The notes beneath the pieces are model-generated. The model had not been told where the DNA came from and did no database searches. It was given only the letters and a program-made list of their open reading frames with translations. Of a stretch of 64,000 nt of DNA, positions 52,101-62,647 are shown one piece after another; the stretch's first letter is position 1; every line of letters starts with the position of its first letter. The stretch spans positions 2,743 to 66,742 of the forward strand of contig JAGVER010000005.1 of NCBI GenBank assembly GCA_020058085.1. Reading direction: 5' to 3'. The translations under genes and the position numbers were made by a program. Source of the stretch: Candidatus Omnitrophota bacterium (GTDB lineage: Bacteria; Omnitrophota; Gorgyraeia; Gygaellales; Profunditerraquicolaceae).

Positions 52101-53537
52101 ATGCAAATAGAAGACCTCATTAAATTAATTAGGGCTCGTAAGATTAACGGCATAAGTTGTAATTCTAAGGCCGTGAAGAAAGGTTCTCTCTTTGTGGCGG
52201 TAAAAGGCGCGAAAGAGGACGGAAGCAGGTTTATTGATCAGGCGATATCAAGAGGCGCAAAGATTATAGTTTACGGATTAGGTTTAAGAAAGAATATAAA
52301 GAGAGGTGTTTCTTTGGTAAAAGTTAAAGATACACGTCTGGCGATAGCGCAATTATCTTCGGAATTCTACGGTAATCCTTCTGAACAATTAAAGATTATA
52401 GGAGTTACCGGGACTAACGGTAAAACTACGATTACCTATATCTTAGAGGCCATACTGAAGGAAGCGGGATCTAAGGTAGCAGTTATAGGCACGGTAAATT
52501 ATCGTTTTAAGGATATTATTCTGCCGGCTAGAAATACTACCCCTGGGCCGTTGGAACTTCAGTCAATGATGGCAAGTATGGTTAAAGAGAGGATTGATTA
52601 TTGTGCAATCGAAGTTTCTTCTCACGCCTTGGAGCAGGGGAGAGTTTTGGGTATAAATTTTCAATCCGCGATATTTACTAATCTCGCTCAAGATCATCTT
52701 GATTACCATAAGACCATAGGAAGTTATTTTTTGGCGAAAACTAAGCTTTTTAAGGGGCTATCCCCGCGTTCTTTTGCTGTTTTGAATTATGATGATAAAT
52801 ATTTTTCGTCGCTCAAAAAATTAACTAAGGCAAAAGTAATCACTTATGGGTTAAGCGTTAAATCTCAGGTGAGAGCCGTAAATATAAAATATGGTTTAAG
52901 TTCTACAGAGTTCTTACTATTTTTTCCTAAAGGAGAGATGGAGATAAAAACCCGTCTTATTGGCAAGCATAATCTCTATAATCTGTTGGCTGCATTTAGT
53001 TGGGCTTATCAGGAAGACATAGATTTAAAAGATATAAAGACTGCACTAGAAAAATTCTCTTTTGTGCCAGGCAGGCTTGAAAGAATAGAATGCAAAAAAG
53101 GATTTTATGTATTTGTGGATTACGCCCATACCGAAGATGCCTTAAAAAATATCCTCCTTTTTTTAAGAGGTTTATCGCCGAGAAAAATTATCACTGTTTT
53201 TGGTTGCGGTGGAGAGAGGGATAAGCTTAAGCGTCCAAAGATGGGGAGAGTAGCAACCGAGTTATCAGATTTTGTGGTGATTACGGATGACAATCCGCGT
53301 TCTGAAAAATCCGAAAATATAATTAGTGATATAAAAAAAGGGACAAAGAAAGATAATTATTCTGTTTTCCCAGCTAGAAAAGCGGCGATAAAAAACGCAA
53401 TATCTATGGCGGTTAAGGGAGATATTGTGGTAATTGCTGGTAAGGGGCATGAGGATTATCAGGTGCTTGGGGATGGTGTTATACATTTTGATGATCGGGA
53501 GGAGGTAAGGTTATGTTTAAAATCCCTGAATTATTAA
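52101..53537 (+). CDS. murE: UDP-N-acetylmuramoyl-L-alanyl-D-glutamate--2,6-diaminopimelate ligase
   Basis: GVTGTNGKTT, and DNPR at ITDDNPRSE. ATG 52101 is preferred because ATG 52071 lies within or next to hairpin element C. Confidence 0.9.
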   Translation: MQIEDLIKLIRARKINGISCNSKAVKKGSLFVAVKGAKEDGSRFIDQAISRGAKIIVYGLGLRKNIKRGVSLVKVKDTRLAIAQLSSEFYGNPSEQLKIIGVTGTNGKTTITYILEAILKEAGSKVAVIGTVNYRFKDIILPARNTTPGPLELQSMMASMVKERIDYCAIEVSSHALEQGRVLGINFQSAIFTNLAQDHLDYHKTIGSYFLAKTKLFKGLSPRSFAVLNYDDKYFSSLKKLTKAKVITYGLSVKSQVRAVNIKYGLSSTEFLLFFPKGEMEIKTRLIGKHNLYNLLAAFSWAYQEDIDLKDIKTALEKFSFVPGRLERIECKKGFYVFVDYAHTEDALKNILLFLRGLSPRKIITVFGCGGERDKLKRPKMGRVATELSDFVVITDDNPRSEKSENIISDIKKGTKKDNYSVFPARKAAIKNAISMAVKGDIVVIAGKGHEDYQVLGDGVIHFDDREEVRLCLKSLNY

Positions 53538-54859
53538 AAGCCACGCAGGGTAAATTAACTTCCGGAGATGATGGCGTAATTGTCAAGGACATTTCTATTG
53601 ATTCCCGTCAGATTAGAAAAGGCATGGCTTTTATTGCCATCAAGGGTGATAATTTCGATGGTCATAATTTTATTTGGAAATCCGTAGAGAAAGGCGCAAA
53701 TTGCGTTATTACAGAGAGGAAAATCAAGAAAATAGATAATCTAGCTATAATCAAGGTTAAGAATACTATCCGAGCCTTAGGAGATATTGCCCGGTTTAAT
53801 CGCAATAGATATAAGATTCCAGTTATCATAGTTACCGGTTCTAACGGCAAGACTACAACTAAGGATATGATTGCTGAGGTTTTATCTAAAGATCTTAGAG
53901 TTCTTAAAAATGAGGGGACCAAGAATAACCATATCGGCCTTCCCCTGACTCTGCTTAAACTGAATAGTTCTTACGACGTAGCTGTATTAGAGGTAGGTAC
54001 TAATCATTTCGGAGAAGTAAAATATCTTAGCGATATAGCTTGTGCGAACATAGGGGTAGTTACCAATATCGGTCCTTCTCACTTGGAGTACTTTAAAGAC
54101 CTAAGAGGAGTCTTTAAGGAAAAATATGATTTGATAAGAAGCCTTAAAGATCCGGCTATTGCAGTATTAAATGCCGATGATCCGTATTTAAGGAGAGAGC
54201 TAATTAAGAAAAAGAATAAGCCATTTCTTATAGGCGTGGGTGTAAAAAACAAAAGCGATTATCTGGCTTCTGATATTTTGGATTTTTTCGGTAAGTATAG
54301 CTTTAAGCTGAATCAAAGATTAGAATTTGCATTAAACGTCCCGGGGTACTATAATATCCATAATAGTTTACTTGCTATAGCTGTGGCTAGGATTCTCGGA
54401 GTGGAGCATCGCAAGATCGCTTCGGCGTTATCAAGCTTTGAGCTTCCCAAGGGCAGGCTAAATTTCCTTAAGGTAAAAGGCGTTAGATTTATCGACGATA
54501 CTTATAATTCTAATCCACTTTCTTTAAAGCAGGCCTTGGGTTTAGTTAAAGAGGCTAGGGTTAAGGGAAGAAAGATTGTTGTTATGGGCGATATGCTGGA
54601 GCTGGGCGCAGCAAGTAAAAAGCTGCATATTCAGGCTATAGAAGATGCCGCTAAAGTTTGTGATAATCTTATAATTGTAGGCAGGATTAACGGTTTAAGC
54701 TTAAAAGATGCGCGTCCATTAAAGAATAATGTAATCTCCTGCGAAAATTCATTGCAGGCAAAGAAGATCTTATTAGAGAGAATAATTGTTGAGCCCGGAG
54801 ATATGGTTTTGGTGAAAGGCTCACGGATGATGAAAATGGAAGAGGTCTTTAGCTTTTAA
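53513..54859 (+). CDS. murF: UDP-N-acetylmuramoyl-tripeptide--D-alanyl-D-alanine ligase
   Basis: VTGSNGKTTTKDM and dcw synteny. Confidence 0.92.
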   Translation: MFKIPELLKATQGKLTSGDDGVIVKDISIDSRQIRKGMAFIAIKGDNFDGHNFIWKSVEKGANCVITERKIKKIDNLAIIKVKNTIRALGDIARFNRNRYKIPVIIVTGSNGKTTTKDMIAEVLSKDLRVLKNEGTKNNHIGLPLTLLKLNSSYDVAVLEVGTNHFGEVKYLSDIACANIGVVTNIGPSHLEYFKDLRGVFKEKYDLIRSLKDPAIAVLNADDPYLRRELIKKKNKPFLIGVGVKNKSDYLASDILDFFGKYSFKLNQRLEFALNVPGYYNIHNSLLAIAVARILGVEHRKIASALSSFELPKGRLNFLKVKGVRFIDDTYNSNPLSLKQALGLVKEARVKGRKIVVMGDMLELGAASKKLHIQAIEDAAKVCDNLIIVGRINGLSLKDARPLKNNVISCENSLQAKKILLERIIVEPGDMVLVKGSRMMKMEEVFSF

Positions 54860-55947
54860 TGTTCTATAATCTACTTTACCCCCTACACAATATAATATCC
54901 GCTTTTAATATATTCCGTTATATTACCTTTCGTTCAGCTATGGCTGCTTTGACCAGTTTTATTATAAGCCTCTTATTAGGCCCCATTGTAATAAAAAAGC
55001 TTAAGGCTTTAAAGATAGGGGAGAAGATAAATAAGGGGGATAGTGTTAAGCTTGATGATTTACATCGTATTAAACATGACACCCCTACTATGGGGGGAAT
55101 ACTTATATTAATCGCAATAGTTTCTTCTACGTTGCTTTGGGCGGATATGACTAATAAATATATCTGGGTTGCCCTTTTTAGCACCATATGGCTTGGGGTA
55201 ACCGGATTTGCCGATGACTATCTAAAGCAGGTTAAGAAAAAGTCTAAGGGACTTTCTGCCAAAACAAAATTTACCAGTCAAGTTGTCCTTGGCTTAATTC
55301 TCGGTGTGATCTTCCTCTTTAATTTTCAGAATAGCCTAAAATTGGACGTGCCATTCTTAAAGAATGTAGCTCTGGATTTAGACGGTCTTTATATAATTTT
55401 TGTTATTTTGGTTGTAGCTGGAACTTCTAACGCGGTAAACCTTACCGACGGATTAGACGGTTTGGCTATAGGGATTGTAGTCATGGCGGCTTTAGCTTTT
55501 AGCATTCTTTGCTATGTCTCCGGTAATATAAAAATGAGCGAATATCTTCTAGTGCCTTATCTTCAGGGTAGCGGAGAGTTAACTGTCTTTTGCGCGGGCA
55601 TATTAGGCGCAGGTTTAGGTTTTCTATGGTTTAACTGTTATCCTGCCACTATATTTATGGGGGATGTGGGTTCTTTGGCCCTTGGCGGAGCATTAGGCAC
55701 AGTAGCACTCTTAATACGCAAAGAGCTTCTTTTGATTCTTGTAGGAGGAATCTTTGTGGTTGAGGCCTTATCCGTAATATTGCAGGTAGGGTCTTTTCGT
55801 CTAACCAAGAAGCGAATCTTTAAGATTGCGCCGTTGCATCATCATTTTCAGTTTCTTAACTGGCCGGAGAATAAGGTTATTGTCAGGTTTTGGATTATTG
55901 CCGGTTTTTTGGCGCTTATGACTATAGTGACTTTAAAGATTCGCTAG
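54859..55947 (+). CDS. mraY: Phospho-N-acetylmuramoyl-pentapeptide transferase
   Basis: NAVNLTDGLDGLA, PATIFMGDVGSL, APLHHHF. Confidence 0.95.
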   Translation: MFYNLLYPLHNIISAFNIFRYITFRSAMAALTSFIISLLLGPIVIKKLKALKIGEKINKGDSVKLDDLHRIKHDTPTMGGILILIAIVSSTLLWADMTNKYIWVALFSTIWLGVTGFADDYLKQVKKKSKGLSAKTKFTSQVVLGLILGVIFLFNFQNSLKLDVPFLKNVALDLDGLYIIFVILVVAGTSNAVNLTDGLDGLAIGIVVMAALAFSILCYVSGNIKMSEYLLVPYLQGSGELTVFCAGILGAGLGFLWFNCYPATIFMGDVGSLALGGALGTVALLIRKELLLILVGGIFVVEALSVILQVGSFRLTKKRIFKIAPLHHHFQFLNWPENKVIVRFWIIAGFLALMTIVTLKIR

Positions 55948-55954
55948 TTTTTCC

Positions 55955-57229
55955 ATGAAAAATAAAGATTACTTTAGAGGTAAGAATGTTTTAATTACCG
56001 GATTTGCGCGTAGTGGCTTGGCTTCAGCTAATCTTCTTTATGATTTAGGAGCCAATGTAAGTGTAACTGATAATCAGGATAATCTAATAACCCATCAGAA
56101 TTTAAAAGAACTAAAATCTCAAAAGATAAAAATAGAGCTAGGCAAGCATTCCCGCGAGTTTATCAAGGATGTCGATCTTTTGGTTATTTCTCCGGGGGTG
56201 CCTAACAATGCCTTGCCAATCCTCTGGGCGAGAGAAGCTAGGGTTCCGGTTATCAGCGAGATTGAGTTGGCTTGGATCTTATGCCCGGCGCAAATTATTG
56301 CCATAACCGGGACTAACGGTAAAACTACGGTTACTACATTACTAGGCAAAATAATCGAGGCTTCAGGTAAAAGAGTTTTTACCTGCGGAAATATCGGAAA
56401 ACCTTTTTCTTCGGAAGTAGATAAAATGCGAGAGGGTGATTTTGTTTCTCTTGAAGTTAGCTCTTTTCAGCTTGAGAATATAGATAAATTTAAGCCAAAT
56501 GTTTCAGTAGTTCTTAATCTAAGTCGTAATCACCTCGATCGTTATAATGATATGCAGGAATATCTTGAAGCTAAGAAACGTATATTTAAGAATCAGGATA
56601 GTTCTGATTCTTTAGTATTAAATTATGATGATCCTGTAATCCGCGATTTAAGTCGAGATTCGAGGGCTAAGATAGTTTATTTCAAGAAAGAGGCTGGCTT
56701 GAATCCCAATCAATCGGCAGCCTTAGTAATTGCCGCTATTTTTAATATAGAGAGGGATCTGGTCTTTAATATCTTTCGGGATTTTAAGGGAGTCGAGCAT
56801 CGGATGGAGGAGGTTTCAGAATTAGACGGGGTAAGGTTTATCAATGATTCTAAATCTACTACTACAGAGGCAACGGTATGGGCCTTAAAGAGCCTCTCTT
56901 GCCCGGTTATTCTTATTGCCGGCGGCAGGGAGAAGGGTAATGATTATAGCGAAGTCTTAAAGCTCGCGCGTGGTAAAGTTAAGTCGGCGATATTAATCGG
57001 AGAGGCAAAAGATAAAATACGCGAGGCATTCACAGGAGTGGTTGATACAGAATTTGCCGCTACTCTCGGTGAAGCTGTAAAAAAAGCCGTCTCTCTGGCG
57101 CCTAAAGGAGACTGCGTTTTGTTTTCTCCTATGTGTAAAAGTTTTGATATGTTTCCCAATTATGAAGAAAGAGGGAAGGCTTTTAAGTCAATAGTATCTG
57201 ATTTATCTAAATTCAAGCCTAAGTTATGA
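55955..57229 (+). CDS. murD: UDP-N-acetylmuramoylalanine--D-glutamate ligase
   Basis: ITGTNGKTTV and dcw synteny. Confidence 0.92.
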   Translation: MKNKDYFRGKNVLITGFARSGLASANLLYDLGANVSVTDNQDNLITHQNLKELKSQKIKIELGKHSREFIKDVDLLVISPGVPNNALPILWAREARVPVISEIELAWILCPAQIIAITGTNGKTTVTTLLGKIIEASGKRVFTCGNIGKPFSSEVDKMREGDFVSLEVSSFQLENIDKFKPNVSVVLNLSRNHLDRYNDMQEYLEAKKRIFKNQDSSDSLVLNYDDPVIRDLSRDSRAKIVYFKKEAGLNPNQSAALVIAAIFNIERDLVFNIFRDFKGVEHRMEEVSELDGVRFINDSKSTTTEATVWALKSLSCPVILIAGGREKGNDYSEVLKLARGKVKSAILIGEAKDKIREAFTGVVDTEFAATLGEAVKKAVSLAPKGDCVLFSPMCKSFDMFPNYEERGKAFKSIVSDLSKFKPKL

Positions 57230-58320
57230 TACGCAATATTAGAATTAATCTTTTTACGGTTTCGGTTATACTTATGTGCATAGGTATTATAATGATTTAT
57301 AGCTCGTCAAGTATCTATGCTTGGGAGAGATATAAGGATGGTTTCTTCTTTTTAAAGAGGCATTTAGTCTTTATGCTTATAGGCGCTCTCCTTACGTTTA
57401 TTTTTATGGCTATTGATTATCGCAAGCTAAGAAGTATTGTCCAGCCGTTGATTTTAATTTCTATCCTCTTGTTAGTATTAGTTTTGATCCCGGGCATAGG
57501 AAGAGAAGTCTCCGGAGCGCGAAGGTGGTTTAGGTTTAAGATGTTAAGTTTTCAGCCTTCGGAGTTTGCTAATCTTGCAGTTATTATTTATATCTCTGAT
57601 TTTATCGCCCGTAAAGGCAACCTTATCAAAACATTCTTGAAAGGTTTTCTACCCCCGATGTTTTTATTGGGTGTTTTTTCTATACTGATACTAATACAGC
57701 CGGATCTAGGAACAACAGTGGCTTTAGGGCTTGTAGTTATAACTATGCTTTTTGTGGCAGGGGTTCGGCCGGCGTATATATTGTCTCTAATTCTAAGTAG
57801 TATTCCGTTGTTGTATGTTTTAATATTTAGCGTACCCTATCGAAGGGCAAGGATTATGGCATTTATTAATCCTTGGCTTGATCCTAGAGGAAGCGGTTTT
57901 CAGATAATTCAATCGCAGATTGCCTTAGGGTCTGGAGGAATATTTGGTGTTGGTCTAGGGCATTCAAGGCAGAAGTTATTTTATCTTCCGGCGGCGCATA
58001 CCGATTTTATCTTCTCCATAATCGGAGAAGAGCTAGGGTTATTAGGCACCATAGGCGTAATCATATTATTCATTATTTTTATTCAGCAGGGAATTAAGAT
58101 TATCAAGAATGCTCCGGATAAATTTGGTTATTTTCTTAGTTTAGGTTTGGTTTTGATGATCTCATTCAGGGCAATAGTAAATATAGGAGTCTCCTGCGGC
58201 ATGTTGCCTACTAAAGGACTGCCACTTCCCTTTATCAGTTATGGAGGTTCGTCTTTTATTTTTGATATGGTTAGTGTGGGCATATTGGTTAATATCGCGC
58301 GCACCGGAGAGTATCCTTAA
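57226..58320 (+). CDS. ftsW: SEDS peptidoglycan glycosyltransferase FtsW
   Basis: Multi-TM protein with FQPSEFA, PDLGT and LPTKGLPLPFISYGGSS motifs. Confidence 0.92.
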   Translation: MIRNIRINLFTVSVILMCIGIIMIYSSSSIYAWERYKDGFFFLKRHLVFMLIGALLTFIFMAIDYRKLRSIVQPLILISILLLVLVLIPGIGREVSGARRWFRFKMLSFQPSEFANLAVIIYISDFIARKGNLIKTFLKGFLPPMFLLGVFSILILIQPDLGTTVALGLVVITMLFVAGVRPAYILSLILSSIPLLYVLIFSVPYRRARIMAFINPWLDPRGSGFQIIQSQIALGSGGIFGVGLGHSRQKLFYLPAAHTDFIFSIIGEELGLLGTIGVIILFIIFIQQGIKIIKNAPDKFGYFLSLGLVLMISFRAIVNIGVSCGMLPTKGLPLPFISYGGSSFIFDMVSVGILVNIARTGEYP

Positions 58321-58326
58321 AATAGT

Positions 58327-59412
58327 ATGAAAATTATAGCTGTTGCAGGAGCAAGCGGCGGGCATATCTATCCGGCCTTAGCTTTTCTAGAGAGGTTTTC
58401 AGGGGAAGAGGGAGAAATTGAAGCATTATTGGTCCTACCCTCTAGAAGCATAAAGGCTGATTTTGATTCTTGCAATTATCCGATAAAATACATATCTTCT
58501 GGCCGGGTTAGTTTCTCTCTGAACCAGAGAAGCGTTTTAGCTTTTCTAAAATTTCTAAAAGGGGGATGGGAAAGCCTTTCTATACTACTTAAGTTTAATC
58601 CTGATATTGTAATAGGTTTTGGCAGTATTGATTCTGTTCCTTTGGTTATGCTGGCTTGGTTTTTTAGGATTAAAACCATTATACACGAACAGAATCTCCT
58701 GCCGGGTAAGGCGAACAGGTTTTTAGCTAGGTTTGTAGATAAGATTGCTCTCTCTTATCCTGGCTCTGGGAGATATTTTAATTTATCAGAGAGCAAAATA
58801 CTCCTTACCGGGAATCCAATAAGGGGGAGGCTAAGGAAGATTGGTAGAGAAGAGGCTTTAAATTTCTTTGGATTAAAGAAGGATAAGTTTACTATCTTGG
58901 TTATGGGCGGCAGCCAGGGGAGTAAACATATTAATACCGCGTTTCTTAATATAACAGGATTGATAAAAGATAAAGCTAATCTGCAGGTCATACATCTTTT
59001 GGGTAAGGAGGAACGCAAGGAGATCAGAGAGGCATATGAAAAAATAGGTATTAAAGCTAAAGTATTTGATTTTTTTAGCGCCATGGAATTTGCCTATAGC
59101 GCCGCGGATCTGGCGGTAACTCGCGCCGGTGCGTCTACTATATCCGAATTGATTTATTTTAAGCTACCGGCGATAATCTTCCCGTATCCGTATGCTTACG
59201 AGCATCAGCTTGAGAACGCCAAGATATTAAGTGAGAGAGGGTGCGCGGTAGTTATGAATGAGAGTAATTTAGAGGATGGTTTATTTTTGGAGAGATTAGA
59301 GTTGTTAATTAAAGACAAGAATATATTAAATAATATGGTTTTGAACTTCGATAGTTTTCCTGTAATTTCTGCCGCAAACAGGCTTAAGGAAGTAGTACTA
59401 GCTTTAAATTAG
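58327..59412 (+). CDS. murG: UDP-N-acetylglucosamine--N-acetylmuramyl-(pentapeptide) pyrophosphoryl-undecaprenol N-acetylglucosamine transferase
   Basis: GGHIYPALA, MGGSQGS, RAGASTISE. Confidence 0.92.
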   Translation: MKIIAVAGASGGHIYPALAFLERFSGEEGEIEALLVLPSRSIKADFDSCNYPIKYISSGRVSFSLNQRSVLAFLKFLKGGWESLSILLKFNPDIVIGFGSIDSVPLVMLAWFFRIKTIIHEQNLLPGKANRFLARFVDKIALSYPGSGRYFNLSESKILLTGNPIRGRLRKIGREEALNFFGLKKDKFTILVMGGSQGSKHINTAFLNITGLIKDKANLQVIHLLGKEERKEIREAYEKIGIKAKVFDFFSAMEFAYSAADLAVTRAGASTISELIYFKLPAIIFPYPYAYEHQLENAKILSERGCAVVMNESNLEDGLFLERLELLIKDKNILNNMVLNFDSFPVISAANRLKEVVLALN

Positions 59413-59413
59413 A

Positions 59414-60775
59414 ATGCAAAAACATTATCATTTGGTGGGTATTGGCGGGATAGGGATGAGTGGGATTGCGCAGTTACTTTTGTGCTGTAATTATAAAGTA
59501 ACCGGTTCAGACTTAAAAGAGAATAAGAATACGAAGGAGTTAAGAAGATTAGGCGCGGTGATTTTTATCGGCCATAGTCCGGAAAACATAAAAGGCGCTG
59601 ATGTGGCAGTATATTCCTCGGCGATAAAAGAAGATAATCCGGAGGTTAAGGAAGCCAAGAGATTAAAAATTACTTTGATTATGCGTGCTCAGGCCCTAGC
59701 AGAACTGATGATTGATAAATCAGTAGTTACTGTAGCCGGAAGCCATGGCAAGACTACGATCACATCATTGGTCTCTTACCTCTTGCTTGAAGCCGGGCTT
59801 TCACCTACTGTGGCCATAGGCGGGATCTTGAGAAATATTGATACCAATGCCTGTGTAGGAAACGGTAAGTTTTTTGTTGCTGAAGCTGATGAATCTGACG
59901 GCTCATTCCTTTATTATAGACCGAAGTTTTCCATAATTACTAATATTGACCATGAGCATCTTGATTACTATAAAGATTTTGAGAAAGAAGTCGAGGCGTT
60001 CCGTAAATTCTTAAATTCAACCAGTGAAGACGGCTGTGTATTTTGTTGCAGTGATGATTTAAATCTTAAAGAGCTAATTAAAGGATACAAGAAGAGATTT
60101 GTTTTGTTCGGTTTAAAACCGGGGGCGGATATATATCCTAAGAATATAACGATGGAGGGCCTGCGTAGTGATTTCGACTGCTTCTTTAAGGACAAATTTG
60201 TGGCGAGGTTCAGCCTTGCTTTAGGAGGCGAGCATAATATCTCTAATGCTCTCTCAGTAATTGCCTTAGGCTTGGAACTTGGCATAGATCTAAAGTTTAT
60301 TAAGGATGCGCTCGCAGGATATAAAGGCGCCGTGAGGCGGTTAGAAGTAAAATTTAAGGATCAAAATTATACAATTATCGATGATTATGCGCATCATCCT
60401 ACAGAGATTAAGGCGACGCTAAAAGCAGTAAGTAATTTAAAGGCAAAAAGAGTTATTGCTATATTCCAGCCGCATCGTTTTACGCGCACACAATTGCTTT
60501 TTGATGAATTTGTCAAAAGTTTTGATAATGCCGACTATCTTATTATTACGGATATATATCCCGCAAGTGAGCAGCCAATCTTAAATATCAATAGTGCTAA
60601 TCTTTGCCGTAGAATTAAAGAGTATGCGTCTGATAAAAAGGTTTATTTTGTTCCTAAGGAAGAGATCGTAAATAAGGTTTCAGAGATAGCTAAGCCCGGG
60701 GATATAATTATTACGCTTGGGGCAGGTGATATCGTGAGGATAAGCGATGAATTGGCAGAGAAGTTTAGAAATTAA
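59414..60775 (+). CDS. murC: UDP-N-acetylmuramate--L-alanine ligase
   Basis: HLVGIGGIGMSGIA, VAGSHGKTTITS, DDYAHHPTEI. Confidence 0.93.
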   Translation: MQKHYHLVGIGGIGMSGIAQLLLCCNYKVTGSDLKENKNTKELRRLGAVIFIGHSPENIKGADVAVYSSAIKEDNPEVKEAKRLKITLIMRAQALAELMIDKSVVTVAGSHGKTTITSLVSYLLLEAGLSPTVAIGGILRNIDTNACVGNGKFFVAEADESDGSFLYYRPKFSIITNIDHEHLDYYKDFEKEVEAFRKFLNSTSEDGCVFCCSDDLNLKELIKGYKKRFVLFGLKPGADIYPKNITMEGLRSDFDCFFKDKFVARFSLALGGEHNISNALSVIALGLELGIDLKFIKDALAGYKGAVRRLEVKFKDQNYTIIDDYAHHPTEIKATLKAVSNLKAKRVIAIFQPHRFTRTQLLFDEFVKSFDNADYLIITDIYPASEQPILNINSANLCRRIKEYASDKKVYFVPKEEIVNKVSEIAKPGDIIITLGAGDIVRISDELAEKFRN

Positions 60776-61634
60776 GCGCAACCAGTCGTTAAAAAATAAA
60801 ACCACCTTTAAAATCGGAGGCAAGGCTGATTTTTTTAGCGAGCCCAATGATCTAGCGGAATTAAATCTGGTTGTTAGTTGGGCTAAAAAAAATAGTATAC
60901 CTGTTTCTGTTGTTGGCGCGGGGAGTAACTTATTGATAAGCGATAAAGGGGTTAGAGGGCTGGTAATAAGATTAAACTCTGCTTATTTTAGAAATATATC
61001 ATTAAAGGGGAGTTGTATAGAGGCGGGCAGCGGGGTAACGCTTCCCCAACTTATCCAATTCGTGAAAAATAAGTCATTGAGCGGATCTGAATTTTTAGCG
61101 GGAATACCCGGAACTTTAGGCGGGGCATTAGCGATGAATGCCGGATGCTGGGGAAAGAGTATCGGGGATTTAGTTAGGGAAGTAGAGGTGCTGGATTACG
61201 CGGGGAATATAAAAAAGATTAGAAGCAAAGAGATAAAATTCGGTTATCGTAAAACCAATCTGAAGAATTGTATTATTTTAAGCGCGGTATTAAAGTTCAA
61301 GAGAGGCGGCAGAGAGGCGATTATTCGTAGTATTAAGGAATATATTTTGAAGAGGCGCAATAGTCAGGACTTGACTTTTCCTAATGCCGGGTGTATCTTT
61401 AAAAATCCCAAATCTTTATCTGCAGGCAGGCTGATAGATCTTTGTGGGCTAAAAGGCAAAAGCATGGGGGGCGCACTCATCTCTGATAAACATGCGAATT
61501 TTATCTTAAATAAAGGTGATGCTAAGGCTGGAGACGTTTTAAAGCTTATGCGTTTGATTAAAACGAGGGTGAGGAAGAGATTCAAAGTTAATCTAGAGCC
61601 GGAAATAAAAATATGGGGAGGCACTCAACGCTAA
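60747..61634 (+). CDS. murB: UDP-N-acetylenolpyruvoylglucosamine reductase
   Basis: FAD-binding N-terminus (TTFKIGGKADFF, GAGSNLL), SAGRLID and HANFILN motifs. Confidence 0.9.
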   Translation: MNWQRSLEIKRNQSLKNKTTFKIGGKADFFSEPNDLAELNLVVSWAKKNSIPVSVVGAGSNLLISDKGVRGLVIRLNSAYFRNISLKGSCIEAGSGVTLPQLIQFVKNKSLSGSEFLAGIPGTLGGALAMNAGCWGKSIGDLVREVEVLDYAGNIKKIRSKEIKFGYRKTNLKNCIILSAVLKFKRGGREAIIRSIKEYILKRRNSQDLTFPNAGCIFKNPKSLSAGRLIDLCGLKGKSMGGALISDKHANFILNKGDAKAGDVLKLMRLIKTRVRKRFKVNLEPEIKIWGGTQR

Positions 61635-61702
61635 GGGGTACCTGGCGCAAATAGGTATTGCGCCAGTATGCGCTTGGTAGCGCAGAATTGCGTTGGTGCC
61701 CC
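61635..61702 (+). repeat. GC-rich multi-hairpin element D (murB-ddl spacer)
   Basis: The outer stem ggggtacc/ggtgcccc (U.G on the plus strand) encloses ctggcgcaa/ttgcgccag and tgcgct/agcgca hairpins. Confidence 0.7.
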
Positions 61703-61708
61703 ATTGGT

Positions 61709-62647
61709 ATGGGGAAAAAAGATTTTGGTAGAGTTGGTGTTTTAATGGCCGGACCATCGAGCGAGAAGAAGATTTCGCTAAAGTCAGGGCACGCGGTATT
61801 AAATGCCTTAAGGGAATCAGGGGTTAACGCTCTTCCGGTAATTATTAAGAATGATAGCATTAAAGATAATATACGCCTGCTTAAATCTAAGAATATAGAT
61901 TGCGCTTTTATTGCTTTGCATGGTTCATTTGGTGAAGATGGTGGGATACAAAATATTTTGAGCAAACTCAAAATACCTTTTACCGGTTCAGGGGTTTGCG
62001 CGAGCAGATTAGCTATGGATAAGGTTGCTTCGCGAAATATCTTTAAAAAACATGGTTTAGATGTGCCGTGTTTTCAAGTAATCAAAAGAAATTCTTATAA
62101 GATTAATAATCTCCGGGCATTTAATTTTCCTTTAGTAGTCAAGCCGGTTAGCCATGGTTCAAGTATCGGGCTTTCTATCGTGGATAGTAAAAAGAATATT
62201 CCTAAAGCAATAAAGCTAGCTTTTAAGTTTGACAAAAGAATAATTATTGAGGAATATATAAGGGGGAGAGAATTAACCGTTGGGATCATCGACGGTAAGG
62301 CTCTTCCGGTGGTGGAGATATTCACTAAACATTTTTTCTTTGATTATCAAGCTAAATATAAAAAGGGGTTAACGGATTACGTTGTTCCGGCTAAGTTGCC
62401 AAGTAAGGTCGCCACTAAGGTAAAGAAAAAAGCGCTATTGGCACATAAGCTTTTAGGTTGTTTTGGTTGTTCCAGAGTAGATATTATTTTGGATGCTAAA
62501 AGTAAGCCTTTTATACTTGAGTTAAATACGATACCCGGTTTTACCGCAACCAGCCTTTTGCCTAAAGCAGCAAATAAATCTGGCATAGGTTTTAATGAAT
62601 TATGCATTAAATTAATTAGTTTAGCTTATGAAAAGACGCAAAGATAA
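61709..62647 (+). CDS. ddl: D-alanine--D-alanine ligase
   Basis: RVGVLMAGPSSE, ALHGSFGEDGGIQ, ELNTIPG. ATG 61709 is preferred because ATG 61658 lies inside hairpin element D. Confidence 0.9.
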   Translation: MGKKDFGRVGVLMAGPSSEKKISLKSGHAVLNALRESGVNALPVIIKNDSIKDNIRLLKSKNIDCAFIALHGSFGEDGGIQNILSKLKIPFTGSGVCASRLAMDKVASRNIFKKHGLDVPCFQVIKRNSYKINNLRAFNFPLVVKPVSHGSSIGLSIVDSKKNIPKAIKLAFKFDKRIIIEEYIRGRELTVGIIDGKALPVVEIFTKHFFFDYQAKYKKGLTDYVVPAKLPSKVATKVKKKALLAHKLLGCFGCSRVDIILDAKSKPFILELNTIPGFTATSLLPKAANKSGIGFNELCIKLISLAYEKTQR

